NCBI GenBank assembly: GCA_037447605.1
Contig: CM074805.1
Location: forward strand, 3,939,361 to 4,003,360
Reading direction: 5' to 3'
DNA length: 64,000 nt
Source of the DNA: Zygnema circumcarinatum SAG 698-1b
Lineage: Eukaryota; Plantae; Zygnematophyceae
Below are positions 62,952 to 64,000 of the stretch, one piece after another. The notes beneath the pieces were generated by a model that searched no databases, was not told the DNA's origin, and saw only the letters and a list, made by a program, of their open reading frames with translations. How positions within the stretch are numbered: the stretch's first letter is position 1; the number at the start of each line of letters is the position of its first letter. A program made the position numbers and the translations under genes.

Positions 62952-63711
62952 GGGAGCGGCTTCAGAGAGCTGGCCGTTTGCTGGGGCTGGTGCTGGGCGA
63001 GAGGGAGGGAGAGCAGGAGGGAGAGGAGGAGAGTGAACGAAAGGAAGGGTTTCTGCTCGCGAGGGAAGGGGAGGAGGCAGTGGGAGGCTTCCATGACGGA
63101 GGAGAAAGTTGCAATCGGCTCTGTGATAGCGCGGGCCTCAACTATTCTGCTCAGTTTGAACGATGCGATCGAGCGGGCTTTGAAGAATGAGCTCTCGAAT
63201 AAGAGTTCCCTTCGGAGGAGGTGCAAGCCGCATCTTCCCGTGTAGATCTCGTGATGTTGTCCAGGTCCTGTCGTGAGTCGGAGGAATGCACAAGCACAAG
63301 CAGGGAATGGATTTGAGGTAGCATTGGTAGGATTAGTTGTCGATTAGTCGTCTGGGGTACCGTGGAGATTGAGGTGGATGATCTTCTGAAGTTACTGGCT
63401 AAATGTGTTGGACTTAAACGACGCTTTTTTCAACCTTTTGCATGGAAGGTGTTGCTACTTGATTGGCTTGTGTAATCTAATCTTTTCTGCTCGACATGTT
63501 ACGTGGGTGGATCAGGCAGTCTTTAGTTCATGAAGGGAGCGTTCTCCAAGGGATATATTCTGGCGGTGTTTCAATAGATCTTATGTGAAATTTGCGTTAA
63601 GTAACGTCCTTTTTTTTAGTGTCGTTAAACTTTCTTTAAATCATCGTACACAACTGACACATTCTTCGCATTGATTGCAGCCACGGTGCGCCTCTTGAAC
63701 AGACGAGCATT

Positions 63712-64000
63712 ATGGCTTCCCCGAGGTAAGCAAATGACAGCACTCTTTGTTCATCGTTGGCGGTTGCATACAACTGTTTGATATCAAAATTTGTTTTAGT
63801 ACGAAATGTATCCTAAGCCTTTTCATCCTTAAAACGCTCGCTCCTCACTGTCGAACTTCAACTCAGAGAATTTTATACGAAGCATTTTGACGACCCCACT
63901 TACTTCGCTGTGTTGAGGGGCACTCTCTGATGCGTGTCTCAAGGGAGCTTCTGATAAGAAAGTTAATTCATAATCCTCCGAATCGCAGTTAGTTCTGGTC
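63712..64000 (+). CDS. Probable first coding exon (MASP...) of an unidentified gene that continues beyond the window
   Basis: Clean exon ttgcag|CCACGG...ATGGCTTCCCCGAG|gtaagc at 63681-63725, downstream of a TATA-containing promoter. Confidence 0.4.

Overview
Gene-dense, intron-rich eukaryotic nuclear DNA from a streptophyte (probably a non-seed land plant or a charophyte alga; species not determinable from sequence). I hand-spliced about 14 protein genes, so exon boundaries are approximate: DEAD-box helicase RH57/ROK1 (5' part only), CRR7, eRF1, P5CS, PRP38, a plastid LEA-like protein, an OEP16-4-like PRAT protein, an acetoacetyl-CoA thiolase, a small membrane protein, a PRLI-interacting-factor-A-like protein, a very divergent full-length SMC ATPase, a DIVARICATA-type MYB, methionine S-methyltransferase, and the start of an unknown gene at the right edge. 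No rRNA, tRNA, CRISPR or intact transposon was seen. Best leads: (1) an SMC protein that fits no canonical SMC1-6 well (SMC2-like signature, prokaryote-like heads, shortened hinge motif); (2) a HEXIM-like motif architecture in an uncharacterised protein whose promoter has five MSA elements; (3) a perfect snRNA-type USE plus TATA at Pol III spacing with no known RNA behind it; (4) a GC/GT tandem splice donor in PRP38 and a GC donor at the eRF1 stop codon; (5) a small poly(A)-tailed dispersed repeat. Comparisons to known proteins come from recalled sequences, not from searches.
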